From the NCBI RefSeq assembly GCF_006345805.1, contig NC_043008.1, positions 67,146,001-67,210,000 of the forward strand: 64,000 nucleotides of DNA, in the 5' to 3' direction. This stretch comes from Octopus sinensis (taxonomy: Eukaryota). The first letter of the stretch is position 1. Each line of letters starts with the position of its first letter. Below the pieces are notes generated by a model. That model searched no databases. It was not told the DNA's origin and was given only the letters and a program-made list of their open reading frames with translations. The position numbers and the translations under genes are program-made. Positions 11,873 to 23,761 of the stretch are shown here, piece after piece.

Positions 11873-12221
11873 ATAGGAGAACACACATACACACACATAT
11901 ATGCATGCATGGCACAGTATTGATGACTGGGTAATGTAAAGAGATTCGAAGAAAACGTTCTAGCTACCAAACCACATAACCATATTGCAATAACAAAGTA
12001 AACACCTTGACCTTTATGTCAGTCTGACTTAATAAGCAAAACTAAAAATCCGAGTCGGAGTGGCGTGGTGTTGAAAGGGCAAAATGGAGCGGACGAGTAA
12101 AACCCTAAATTATGAAGACAAACCTTCGGAAATCGTGTGGACACGCTCGATAGCAGTCTACAGTGCTTCCGGTAGAGGTGGGATGACGTGAGGTTTATGA
12201 GTAAGATCCAGGGATTCTTAC

Positions 12222-12263
12222 CTGAATGACCTTAGACTTTGGAAATGCATCAAACACTTCGTC
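12222..12263 (-). CDS. Possible 42-nt internal exon (DEVFDAFPKSKVIQ in phase 0)
   Basis: Acceptor tcctattctacatccAG and donor CAG|GTAAGA in sequence with no second copy seen; no homology recognised. Confidence 0.25.
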
Positions 12264-12667
12264 CTGGATGTAGAATAGGATTATTTGAGATAGACAGACA
12301 GAGGCAGAGAGAAAATGAAGCCAAAGTTGAGAGCAAGGTATGAATTATCAGCAAGCAAAGAAGATATTTGCTGCTTGTTTGGAATGATTAGAACCGCAGT
12401 AAGTTTACTATAGTGGTTGCATGGATCACGGGAAATTAGGGTGAGGGTAAAAATGCATGCAACAGTGTAGGTCAAAAGATCCCGGACATTCCCTGGTAGC
12501 ATCATTAATTCTGGACCGCTGGCGGAAACATATCGGAAGATATGGAGATAGTTATAATGGCCAGTCAGCGGAAAGGCTTCTGATGATGGAGTCCCGCCGT
12601 GCAAGTTGTATATAAAGTACAACATATACAAATATGTACACATATATATAAACACAGACACACAAAC

Positions 12668-12727
<60 letters not shown>

Positions 12728-12894
12728 TATATATACCTACATATACACATACACACACACAAACATATATACAAATATACATACACGCACGTGTATACAT
12801 ACATACATACACTAGCGTAGGTAGGGGCGGTCAGCCCCGGGCAGCACACACTCTAACTACGCTAGTATACATACATACATATATATATACATAC

Positions 12895-12935
<41 letters not shown>

Positions 12936-13039
12936 TATATACATATATATACGCACATGCATATACACATGTATAATGTACAATACATGCCTACATACAG
13001 ACTACGCATGCATTCATACACACATACAAACATACATTC

Positions 13040-13090
<51 letters not shown>

Positions 13091-13454
13091 GTGTGTGTGT
13101 GTGTATTCGCATAACTTTTTAAGATTGATAGGTAACAGTAATTGATACAAATACTGTTAGCATTATTACTAAAAATAAGAAAATACTAATAAATAAAAAT
13201 AACACATCACAATGGCCTGTAGGCTGTGAAAAACAATCTTCTTGGCTATGGGGGTAGCAAAAGTTGCTTTAAGGCTGCCGTGGATCAGGTGGTATAAACC
13301 TTGGCAGGGGTAGTGTTGTGTTACCCAGGGTAGCGCAAACTGGAGACAAGCTGGGTCAACTCGGTGACAGTGCCTGATTACAGAAAGACCCGAAACACCT
13401 CATGACCCCAGGAAATATTACTGATGATGTGGGTATATCACAGGATATCTGGAA

Positions 13455-13510
<56 letters not shown>

Positions 13511-13730
13511 AAGGTGAATGAATTATCCTAGTATGGATAATTCGGTTAACCGATACCTGGGTAGCAAATTCACGTCAGAAAATACGGTTGAAGCTATATG
13601 CTAAGGGCAGGGATCCCGTGTTCTCGTGTGTAAATGTGTGTGTTTTTTTTTAACTATGAATAAATGAAAGAATGGAGTCGAACGACGATTTTAACAAAAT
13701 TCCTTTACTCTCGACACATAAGTTCCTTGT

Positions 13731-13813
13731 CTTTCCTGATGAGATGGCGGCATAATGCACCCTTTATTCCTTCGGAATTAGGAATATGCAGCCTTCGAAA
13801 CATGTGTGGAGAG
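13731..13813 (+). ncRNA. Type I hammerhead with long stem II (cleavage triplet currently GUG) inside a 60-bp inverted repeat
   Basis: CTTTC-CTGATGA-GATGGCGGCATA..TATGCAGCCTTC-GAAA-CA TG TG-TG-GAGAG; arms 13660-13719 and 13802-13861. Confidence 0.75.
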
Positions 13814-13860
13814 TAAAGGAATTTTGTTAAAATCGTCGTTCGACTCCATTCTTTCATTTA

Positions 13861-13898
<38 letters not shown>

Positions 13899-14000
13899 TA
13901 CATACACATGTAATTAAATTATGGTTTAATTTTGCATATAGGAACTGATATACATAAGGATGAGATATGTGTCGATATATATATATATATATATAAATAA

Positions 14001-14712
14001 TGGTTGTGAGGTAAGAAGCTTGCTTCCCAACCACATGGTAACGGGTTCAGTCCCACTGCGTGGCACCTTGGGCAAGTGTCTTCTCCTCTAGCCCTCGGGC
14101 CGACAAAAGTCTTGTGAGTGGATTTGGTAGACGGAAACTGAAAGAAGCCCGTTGTATATGTATATACGTATGTATATTTGTGTGTGTGAGTCTGTTTGTC
14201 CTCCACCATAACTCGACAACCGATATTGTTGTGCTTACGTCCCCGTAACTTAGCAGTTCGGCAAAAGCGACCAATAGAATAAGTACTAGGTTTAAAAAGA
14301 ATAAGTCCTGGGGGTCGATTTCTTCGAGTAAAGGCGGTGCATGGTTGCAGTCAAAACTGAAACAAGTAAAAGAATTATGGAATATGTATATATAGCCCCG
14401 GGCCAACCATTGCCTTGTGAGTGGATTTGGTAGACGGAAACTGAAAGAAGCCTGTCGTATATATGTATATATATGTATGTGTGTGTGTGTGGTGCGTTTG
14501 TGTGTCTGTGTTTGTCTCCCTAGCATTGCTTGACAACCGATGCTGGTGTGTTTACGTCCCCGTCACTTAGCGGTTCGGCAAAATCGACCGATAGAATAAG
14601 TACTGGGCTAACAAAGAATAAGTCCCGAGGTCGATTTGCTCGACTAAAGGCGGTGCTCCAGCATGGCCGCAGTCAAATGACTGAAACAAGTAAAAGAGTA
14701 AAAGAGTAAAGA
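14001..14712 (+). mobile_element. Two tandem or chimeric copies of SINE family B (CORE-like, internal microsatellite, (GTAAAAGA)n tail)
   Basis: GGTTCAGTCCCACTGCGTGGCACCTTGGGCAAGTGTCTT..AAAGGCGGTGCTCCAGCATGGCCGCAGTCAAATGACTGAAACAAG. Confidence 0.85.
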
Positions 14713-14949
14713 GAGTATGTGTGTAGTTACATGTATGAGGGACTAGTGGTCTAACTGCATATCTATGGTTATACAACTCTATCTGTGTAAGTGTATGTGT
14801 ATATATTTTTTCCTAAATATTTCTATAATATACATCTCTCTGCCAGTATATATTTGTGCCAGTGCGTTGATTTCTACTTAATGTGTGCTTGAAAATGCAG
14901 GTGATATTTTGATGAGGTATATACAAACACAGAAGCGCGGTTACACATA

Positions 14950-15146
14950 CGAGGGGATGTTGAAAAGTTCCTGGCTTTGGATAAAATAAAATACAGGAAG
15001 ATCAGTTAATTATGGTTTTATTCAACATATTCCCCTCTCAGATTCACACACATTGCAGCAATCATTCAGTTTTTCTTAAAACAAAAAACTCGGAAGGTTG
15101 GCCTTTCGCGACGCCCTTAAAGTCAGGAACTTTTCAGCACACCCTC

Positions 15147-15147
<1 letters not shown>
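14950..15147. mobile_element. mariner-type MITE (second copy at 21830-22045)
   Basis: TA|CGAGGGGATGTTGAAAAGTTCCTGGCTTT ... AAAGTCAGGAACTTTTCAGCACACCCTCG. Confidence 0.85.
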
Positions 15148-15219
<72 letters not shown>

Positions 15220-15247
15220 ATATATATATATAATATATATATATATC

Positions 15248-15293
<46 letters not shown>

Positions 15294-15306
15294 TCTTTTC
15301 TGTGTA

Positions 15307-15344
15307 TCTTTCTGTTGAAGAGCGTAGGCTCGAAACGTAAAAGA
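15307..15344 (+). ncRNA. Minimal type I hammerhead, core CTGTTGA (A6 mutated), in a TA-flanked element
   Basis: TCTTT-CTGTTGA-A-GAGC GTAG GCTC-GAAAC-GTA-AAAGA. Confidence 0.65.
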
Positions 15345-15708
15345 CTTGTTTTATTTATATTCCTGAGCACCATACTAATACAATTGTTTGTTTGTATTCC
15401 ACCTGCCTTCGCCTTTTGTTTATTTTCATAAAGCTTCCCGTTATATATATATATATATATATATAAACGCGAGTTGTGCACCTGACCATTGTTTATATAA
15501 GATCATTATATATATATATATAGAGAGAGAGAGAGGGGGGAGAGACATAGAGGGAGAGATTGGTATGCAGCAGGGCTGGACTAAGCCGTCGATCAATGGG
15601 GTACAGCCCGAGGGCCCGTACTCTACATGTTAACTCTCTTTGATATCAATGCTAAGGGGCCCGGTGAAGAGCTATGCCCGAGGTCCCTTAATACTCTCAG
15701 TCCGCTCC

Positions 15709-15789
<81 letters not shown>

Positions 15790-15829
15790 TATATTGTATT
15801 GTATTATATTATATATATATATATATTCC

Positions 15830-16195
15830 TTATTCTTTCTTTTTCTTTTTCAGTCATTTGATTGTGGCCATGCTGGAGCACCGCCTTTAGTCAAGCAAAT
15901 CGACTGTAGGACTTAGTCCTTTGTAAGCCTAGTACTTATTCTATCAGTCTTTTTTGCCGAACCGCTACAGTACAGGGACGTAAACACACCAGCATTGGTT
16001 GTCAAGCGATGTTGGGGGGGGACAAACACAGACAAACAAACATATAAACACACATACATCTATCGACGGGCTTCTTTCAGTTTCCGTCTACTAAATCCAC
16101 TCACAAGGCTTTGGTCGGCCCGAGACTATAGTAGGAGACACTTGCCCAAGGTGCCACGCAGTGGGACCGAACCCGGAACCACACAGCCACACCAG
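15830..16195 (-). mobile_element. SINE family B, head partly deleted
   Basis: Reverse complement of the family B sequence at 51179-51590. Confidence 0.85.
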
Positions 16196-16211
16196 CGCTT
16201 ACATATATATC

Positions 16212-16245
<34 letters not shown>

Positions 16246-16398
16246 CTTATGAGTGTATGTACCTAAGTGCGTATGTGAAGAGGCATGTGTTTAGATATGG
16301 TTATGTAAAACTTGTGTATTTCAATTGAGAAATAGAGAATACGGGTGCCGTTTATTATTTAAGTGTGTAGAATTACCTCAATACATACATGTATATGT

Positions 16399-16433
<35 letters not shown>

Positions 16434-16559
16434 ATAGATAGATTCAGTTGAATATGGTACTTGGGTTAAAGGCACCAGAATTTAGTATGGTATTATCCAT
16501 ATAATTCAAAATGAGGTGATTACAATCAAAATAAGCAATTAGGATATCCATGCTTATTT

Positions 16560-16593
<34 letters not shown>

Positions 16594-16794
16594 GCCTATG
16601 TATGCATACACGTATATGTACATAAACATAACTATGTATGTCTATATATATGAATATATATATTCATGAATATATGCGTATATATATATATGCGTGTATA
16701 TAAATGTGTGTATATATATATATATGCATGTGTATCTATACACACATATATATATATATACATATGTATGTGGATACTAATATGAGCTCATCTT

Positions 16795-16892
<98 letters not shown>

Positions 16893-17344
16893 AATAGTGC
16901 ATATACTTGTGTATATGCGGAGTAGTTAAGAAGTTGGCTTCTCAAATCATGATTTCTAGGGTTCGATCTTTACTGCATAGCAACTTCAATGTTTTTTACC
17001 AGAGCTGCCATAGGATCGCCCCAAGTTCATCGAATGGACTGTACCTGCAATTTAAATATCCCACCTTGTGACACTGCGTTAAATTGTGTCCCACTGATTG
17101 TATCTGAAGATTGCAGTACGGGTACACGTGTTTGGAAGACTGCTCAATCACCGACACTAATTAAATGATTGGACACTTCATTTGATCGAAAAACAGTATT
17201 ATTAATCATGGTAATTAACAGAGGATCCATTAACTTTTTCTTCTTATTTGTATGGCACAGTTTTCATAGCGTGTGTCGTACCATGTGCTATATGAGAGAG
17301 GGCGGTATATATACATATATAGATATAGATGCTAGGGTGTAGAC

Positions 17345-17635
17345 CAGGGATTCTCATTCATCTTTTTACCTCTGGATACCTCTGATTTCTATTTCATTCA
17401 GGTAGACCCTTATAGCCATTTGATGCTTTTTAAAAAATCCTATTATATTTTTATAAGTAAATATTATAAGGAATTATATTTTAAATATTGTTAAAATATT
17501 TTGTGTATTGTACAAGTATGATCAATTTATAGCACATAAATTTTAACAACCTATTAGAGACCTCTGGGGATCATATGGGTCCTTGAGGTTCATACGGACC
17601 CCAAGGATCATATGGGCCCCCGTTGAGAATCACAG
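17345..17635. mobile_element. hAT-type MITE with 8-bp TSD
   Basis: TSD GTGTAGAC at 17337-44 and 17636-43; ends CAGGGATTCTCA / TGAGAATCACAG. Confidence 0.85.
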
Positions 17636-17649
17636 GTGTAGACTTTAGT

Positions 17650-19860
17650 GTTTAAAGTATAATGTTGTATAATGTAATATAGAGTTGTGTTTGTTATGTG
17701 GTGTTGTAGCATTGGATATTGTAACGCGGCATTGTGTCATGGTGTTGTATTTGTTCTGTGGTATGTGATTGTTTGTTAATATGAAATTGTTTATGTGGTA
17801 TGATGTTGAGTTTGTTGCGTAGTGAGGTGTTGGTGTTTATTGTGTGGTGGTGTTTGTTATATGGTGTTGTATGGTGTGTATTTACTTTGTGGAGTAGTAT
17901 TGTTTTTAGTTTGTGTGGTGGTTTTATGTTTTGTTGTGTGATGGGTACTGTTGTAAAGTGATGTCGTTTTGTGTTGTGATGTATGGTGTAATTTAATGTT
18001 GTACCATGTTGCTTTATGTTGATACAGCTGGTCATAATAGTGTTGTGCGATGACTTGTGTACTACACTATACAACACTCATATACATTAGACAACGTAGT
18101 CTTATACGAACAAAATGAGTAGATGGCCATAGCTGGATTGCCTTTCATGTAAAGCTAACAAGCATCAGCAAGACCAACATTCATTTTACTACATTCCACC
18201 ATTCGCATGAATCAAATCCTATCACATTTGTTCCCTCCTCGAGGCCACTACACAACATCCTGCTATAATACTACGATATATATACCTACACTCACCATTC
18301 GCCTACCATATCCTACCACTACACATATACACACATACAGACTATACGCATCATCCCATTCACATACCACACACCCTACTCACAAATAAACACACTATAC
18401 AAATGCACTACTCATACAAACCTACACTATAAAATGTCAGCGTATATTATAAAATACTTCCATCCCATTCACACAATACAACATCCTTATCATAAGACCA
18501 AGAGACACTGCGCTACAATATTTCACACCTGTCGTACTATTCGGTCACATCATGCCACTCCACATTTCTTCACACACCACTCTAAACTATACCTATGTCA
18601 TACTGCATCACACTGCACGACAAACCATCAGCTAGCAAAGTACTATTATTACACCACATACAACCACACTCCACTCTATCGAACTTCACCACACCACTAC
18701 AATACACAAGCGCACAGACGTTATGCATCAAGCTCCATACTATATCACTTGCACTAGGACATCGTACACTACCGAAGAGACACGACAGCACTGCACTATA
18801 TCATGACACCAATGCACTTAAACGTATAACTGGTACTCCGTCGGTTACGACGACGAGTCTTCCTGCTGATCCGACCAACGGAACAGCCTGCTCGTGAAAT
18901 TAACGTGCAAGCGGCTGAACACTCCACAGATACGCATACCCTTAACGTAGTTCTCAGGGGAGACTCAGCGTGACACTCAAGGTAACAACTGAGTGGACTG
19001 GAGCAATGTGAAATAAAGTGTCTTGCTCAAGGATGCAAAGCGCCGCCGGGCATCGAACTCGCGACCTTACGAACCCCAGTCGAATACCTTAACCACTCAG
19101 CCACACGCCTTCATTGAATTAAAACGTGATACCGCACTTAATCCATTGTGCAAACAATACCATTTAGCTTATCCTACCACTACATGGCTTCACACTATAT
19201 CTGACACTAAACCACAGTATCAGATACCAGAACAAATAACACCACATTGTACTATATCACATGCTATACAACTGCATAACACGTCACAACATACACATAC
19301 TCACATATCACAGTACTACACACCAAGCCATACCGCTACATACCATACTACAATGCACTGCACCATTACGCAACACAACACATTGTACCACAACCTTCAC
19401 CAAAAAGCTATACCAATACATACACCTTTACATGGTTACTGGACCTGTTAGAAATAGCAACCAATTCTTTCTTAAATCACACCTTTGTAGTTTTTTTTTA
19501 ATTGAAAGATTGTACTACATACAATACGTACACCACTACACTGTAACACTACAGAACCACTACAATATCCCGCTATGTAACAATACATCCATACTATACC
19601 ACAACTCGCCCACACTACACTACAACACATCTGTGCTCCATCACAACAAGTCCGTCTCTACACCACGCTACATCACACAAACAACTAATTACCATACTAC
19701 ATCATACCAACACACTCACTATGCACTACAACACTGCACCACTCTAACACTACACTACACAAACACCCCTACACACCACTCCACGTCACACCAACACTAT
19801 ACAACAAACAACCCCCCAAAATGTCCACCATGCTATAATACCATCAACACCGTTGTAAGC
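17650..19860. repeat. Cryptically simple GT-rich then CA-rich low-complexity tract
   Basis: Degenerate (GTGTT)/(CACAA)-type words; strand bias flips near 18060; SINE fragments at 18830-19110. Confidence 0.7.
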
Positions 19861-19881
19861 AATAACGAAGCACCCACTTAC

Positions 19882-19999
19882 CTGAAGCAGCAGACACCCA
19901 GCTGGTGGATAGAATCAACTGTAAAGTCCATAACAGCCATGCTAGGGTGTGACACCACGGTCCCCAGATCAAACCATACACTGGTAACTCCAGCGACAT
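19882..19999 (-). CDS. Probable first coding exon of a host secreted or membrane protein (signal-peptide-like)
   Basis: ATG at 19999: MSLELPVYGLIWGPWCHTLAWLLWTLQLILSTSWVSAAS plus 1 nt, then consensus donor CAG|GTAAGTG (phase 1); complex island with no second copy seen, amid simple repeats. Confidence 0.5.
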
Positions 20000-20339
20000 G
20001 TGTCCTCACCGTCACACGCTTTTTGTGTGTCTGTCAGTCAGTCTGACTGTTTTAGTACTACTCTCTCTCTTTCTCTTTTTCTCTCTCTCTCTCTCACTGA
20101 TACGTTTCTCACTTTATCTTTCTATCTTTTCCATTGCACATCTCTCAGCTTGTCCCTCTGTCTGTTCGTCTGTATATATTTTTTAATCTGTGTACACATA
20201 CGTCTGTTTGACCCCGTCTTTCTGTCTGTGTCTACCTGTAGTTAGTCTTGGTTTTCTGAGGTTTTCTGGGGTTTCTTAAAAATTTTGTGTCTTTATTTCA
20301 TTCAGTATTCGTCTTGTAATGTCTGTCTATCCGTATGTG

Positions 20340-20378
<39 letters not shown>

Positions 20379-20843
20379 ATAATGTGTTTGCGTCTGTGTG
20401 TGTATGTAAACTTCCGTGTATGGATGGACAGCAATATATACAGGTGTGTATATGTAGTTATATATATCCGTTTAAACGTATATATGTTTGTGTTTATACA
20501 TATATATTTTTTTAATCCTGTTGCAACCACGGAACGACCAAGACGAACGAACGAACGACAATAACAGCAGTAATAATAATAAGATGGACAACAACAAATT
20601 ACTATGACCACAATGAGAACAACAACAATAATAAGGACTATGGCTTTAACCGTGGTAGCGCTTCCATTGCAGATGGCTGTGGTGGTAGTGGCGGGGGAGA
20701 CGTTGGGGGGTATTGAAACAGTGGTGGTAGTAGAGGTGGGGGGAGGAGAGAATAGTAAAGGTGGTGGTGGCGGTGGCGGTGGTGGAGAGAATGATGCGGG
20801 TGGTGGTATGAGTAGAAGGTACAGTGACGATAACAGAGGAGAA

Positions 20844-20957
20844 GAGGAAAATAAAGGGAATGACAGAAATGGTAGGGAAGAAAATGAGAAGGAGGAGGAG
20901 GAGGAAAATAAAGGGAATGACAGAAATGGTAGGGAAGAAAATGAGGAGGAGGAGGAG
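20844..20957 (+). repeat. 57-bp tandem duplication in a purine-rich trinucleotide region
   Basis: GAGGAAAATAAAGGGAATGACAGAAATGGTAGGGAAGAAAATGAG at 20844 and 20901. Confidence 0.9.
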
Positions 20958-21582
20958 GAGGAATAAGAGTGAGTAGAAGAACAGGGGCAGAATGAGGTGT
21001 GGTGGGAGAGGAAAGAGCAAGTGGGTGGCAGTGAGACGAACAGATAGATGCAACAACTGTAGTGGTTGCAGAAACTGCGAACTAAACAACAACAGCAGCA
21101 GTAGCAGTAGTAGTAGTTGTAGTAGTTGTAGTAGTAGAAGCAGCAGCAGCAGTAGTAGCAACAATAATAGTAACTGCAGTGGTAGGAAATGGTTGTGACT
21201 GAAAACGTAGATACAGCAACAAGATAACAAAAGCAACCAGCATCACTACAACAACAATATTAATGACGAGCCAGGGAGAGAGAAGCGTTGGACTATCACT
21301 CGGTCTGTTAGAAATAACAGCTAAATCGCCGTCGATTCATCACATCCTATCGTCTTATACAGAAAAAAGGCTATATTGAGTGATGGAGTCCCAGATACAC
21401 TATGCCTGAAATAAAATATGAGATTGTTAACCGCTCGAGCGTCTGTAACACCAGCTGTCCTGGAGCTAAACAACAAATAGACATACATACATACATACAT
21501 ACATACATACATACATACATACATACATACATACATACATTACATACATACATACATACATAGACAGACGAACGGACAGACG

Positions 21583-21655
<73 letters not shown>

Positions 21656-21672
21656 GTGGGTAGATAGATAGG

Positions 21673-21703
<31 letters not shown>

Positions 21704-21774
21704 ACAGAGATGCATGTATGTGTGTATATATGTGTGTACACATATGTACGCACACACACACACACACACACGCA

Positions 21775-21814
<40 letters not shown>

Positions 21815-21829
21815 CAGTACCTTCTCGTA

Positions 21830-22045
21830 CGTGCAGCACTGAAAAGTTCCTGGTTTTGTGTAAAGAAAATATAGGAAGATCAGTTAATTATGATTTTACT
21901 CAACATATTCCTCTCTCAGATTCGCACACTTATTGCAGCGGTCCTTCTGTTTTTCTAAGCCCCGTTTAAAGAACTCGGAATGTTGGGTCTCCTCCTAGGT
22001 CTTTTGCGATACCCTTAAAGCCAGAAATTTTTCAGTAATTCCTCG
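21830..22045. mobile_element. mariner-type MITE, copy 2
   Basis: Colinear with 14950-15147; TA flanks at 21828-29 and 22046-47. Confidence 0.85.
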
Positions 22046-22889
22046 TAGATAGATAGATAGATAGATTAATTGATTGACTGATACAATGACTGAGTGGATG
22101 ATTTAATCCATTTCCAAATGATTTAACACCATGATCCTAAATGTTGCAAGCACTCTGCTAGATTTCCTGTCTGAGGTTACTTCCTCACCATTTCCTTCTA
22201 ATAGTATCGGAGGCCCTAACGCGGTTCAAAGGAATTGCCTCTCTTTTTCTCTCTCTCTCTCTCCTTCCCCCTCTCTCTAGTTTTAAGCCATAAAAAGATA
22301 AAACAGCAAAAGTTTATGTTGAACATCACCAAGAAACCAAATTTATTTCGAGGAACAGTATGAAGTACAGCTGATTTGACTAGCTCAGGACTATAGTAGC
22401 ACCAGTATGCACTTGTTTTATCGATTTTACTTTTTACTGAAATATAACTGGATTTGAACTGGGGTCGTAGAAGTCAAGTAACTACACACCTCGAAGTATA
22501 TTTTGTCAACAACGCTATCGATTCTGCCGCACCAACGTCTCGGCAATGGCAACTATTTAGAAGGATTTCTAACATTAGCACAGCGGTGGGTTGGCAGATT
22601 CATTAGTGCGTCGGACAAAATATTGCTTGAAGAGTACGTATGTATGTACATTGTGTGTGTGTGTGTGTGTGTGTTCCAAAAATCAAACAGAAGCACAACA
22701 AAGGAACAAACGGAAAATTCACACACGAGACACGGACGTTGCTCATTCCTTCCTCATCAATTACAGTCCCAAAAAAATCCTTACAACTTCACGCCTTTAA
22801 CGATAATGTTGTTCATTTTTGGTGGCATCAACAGAGAGAAGCTACTGGGAATAGCGAGCGAACGTTGAAGACACTGGCGAAAACATTTA

Positions 22890-23400
22890 CCGTAAATCTT
22901 CGAGTCCGCCATTGAGTATAATACGCAGGGGATTTTTAGGAGGCTGTACCTCTGAAAAACGTAAACCTTGTGTATAATACGCACCCCTTCTCTAACTTGA
23001 GTCATGCGTAATTAAGCCAGCAGCGCCTAGTCGAACAAACACTTCCGTCCATGCGTAATACAGTAATAGTGATGTTCTTAACTGCTATATGGGAATGTAA
23101 ATATGTTTGCAAATTGCTTTTGTTACATGTTATTCTGTGTTCTGAATACTTTTGTTTTAATAAATGTTACTGCAAGTTATGGATGATTCTTTTATGACTT
23201 CATTGCTTTCAGGCTTAGCTAAGGTATTTTCACGCCGGACATCACAAAATGCGTCTGAATAAACATTGCCGGACAGCAAATAGAGACTCGGACATTGCTT
23301 AGACAATATTTTTCATTTTTAACCTCGTATATAGTACGCACTAGAGATTTGACCTTTAAATTTTTGGGGGGAAATGCGGATTATACTCGAGGATTTACGG
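22890..23400. mobile_element. pogo/Tc1-type MITE
   Basis: TA|CCGTAAATCTTCGAGT ... TTATACTCGAGGATTTACGG|TA. Confidence 0.85.
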
Positions 23401-23415
23401 TATATATATATATAT

Positions 23416-23472
<57 letters not shown>

Positions 23473-23708
23473 CTTATAAGATTGTAGTGATTGAGTAGTA
23501 GGCTATTTTGGGATAAAATGAGAAGGCTGCAAGAGTGTTAGTGTAAGGGAAATGAGGTGGTATAGATAGAGACTGATATCAGGGAAGGGTAAAACAGGAA
23601 GGGTAAACGACAAATATGGAGTGGCAGTGGGATGATAACATTAATACACCTGTCATTCAGGGATACACATGCGCCCGCTTTCAATCAGTTTACAAAGCCA
23701 ATTCGTGT

Positions 23709-23761
<53 letters not shown>

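Noticed and set aside
12281-12661. 126-aa minus-strand ORF
   Set aside because: It starts in a microsatellite, has no motif I recognise, and has no supporting splice sites in that frame.
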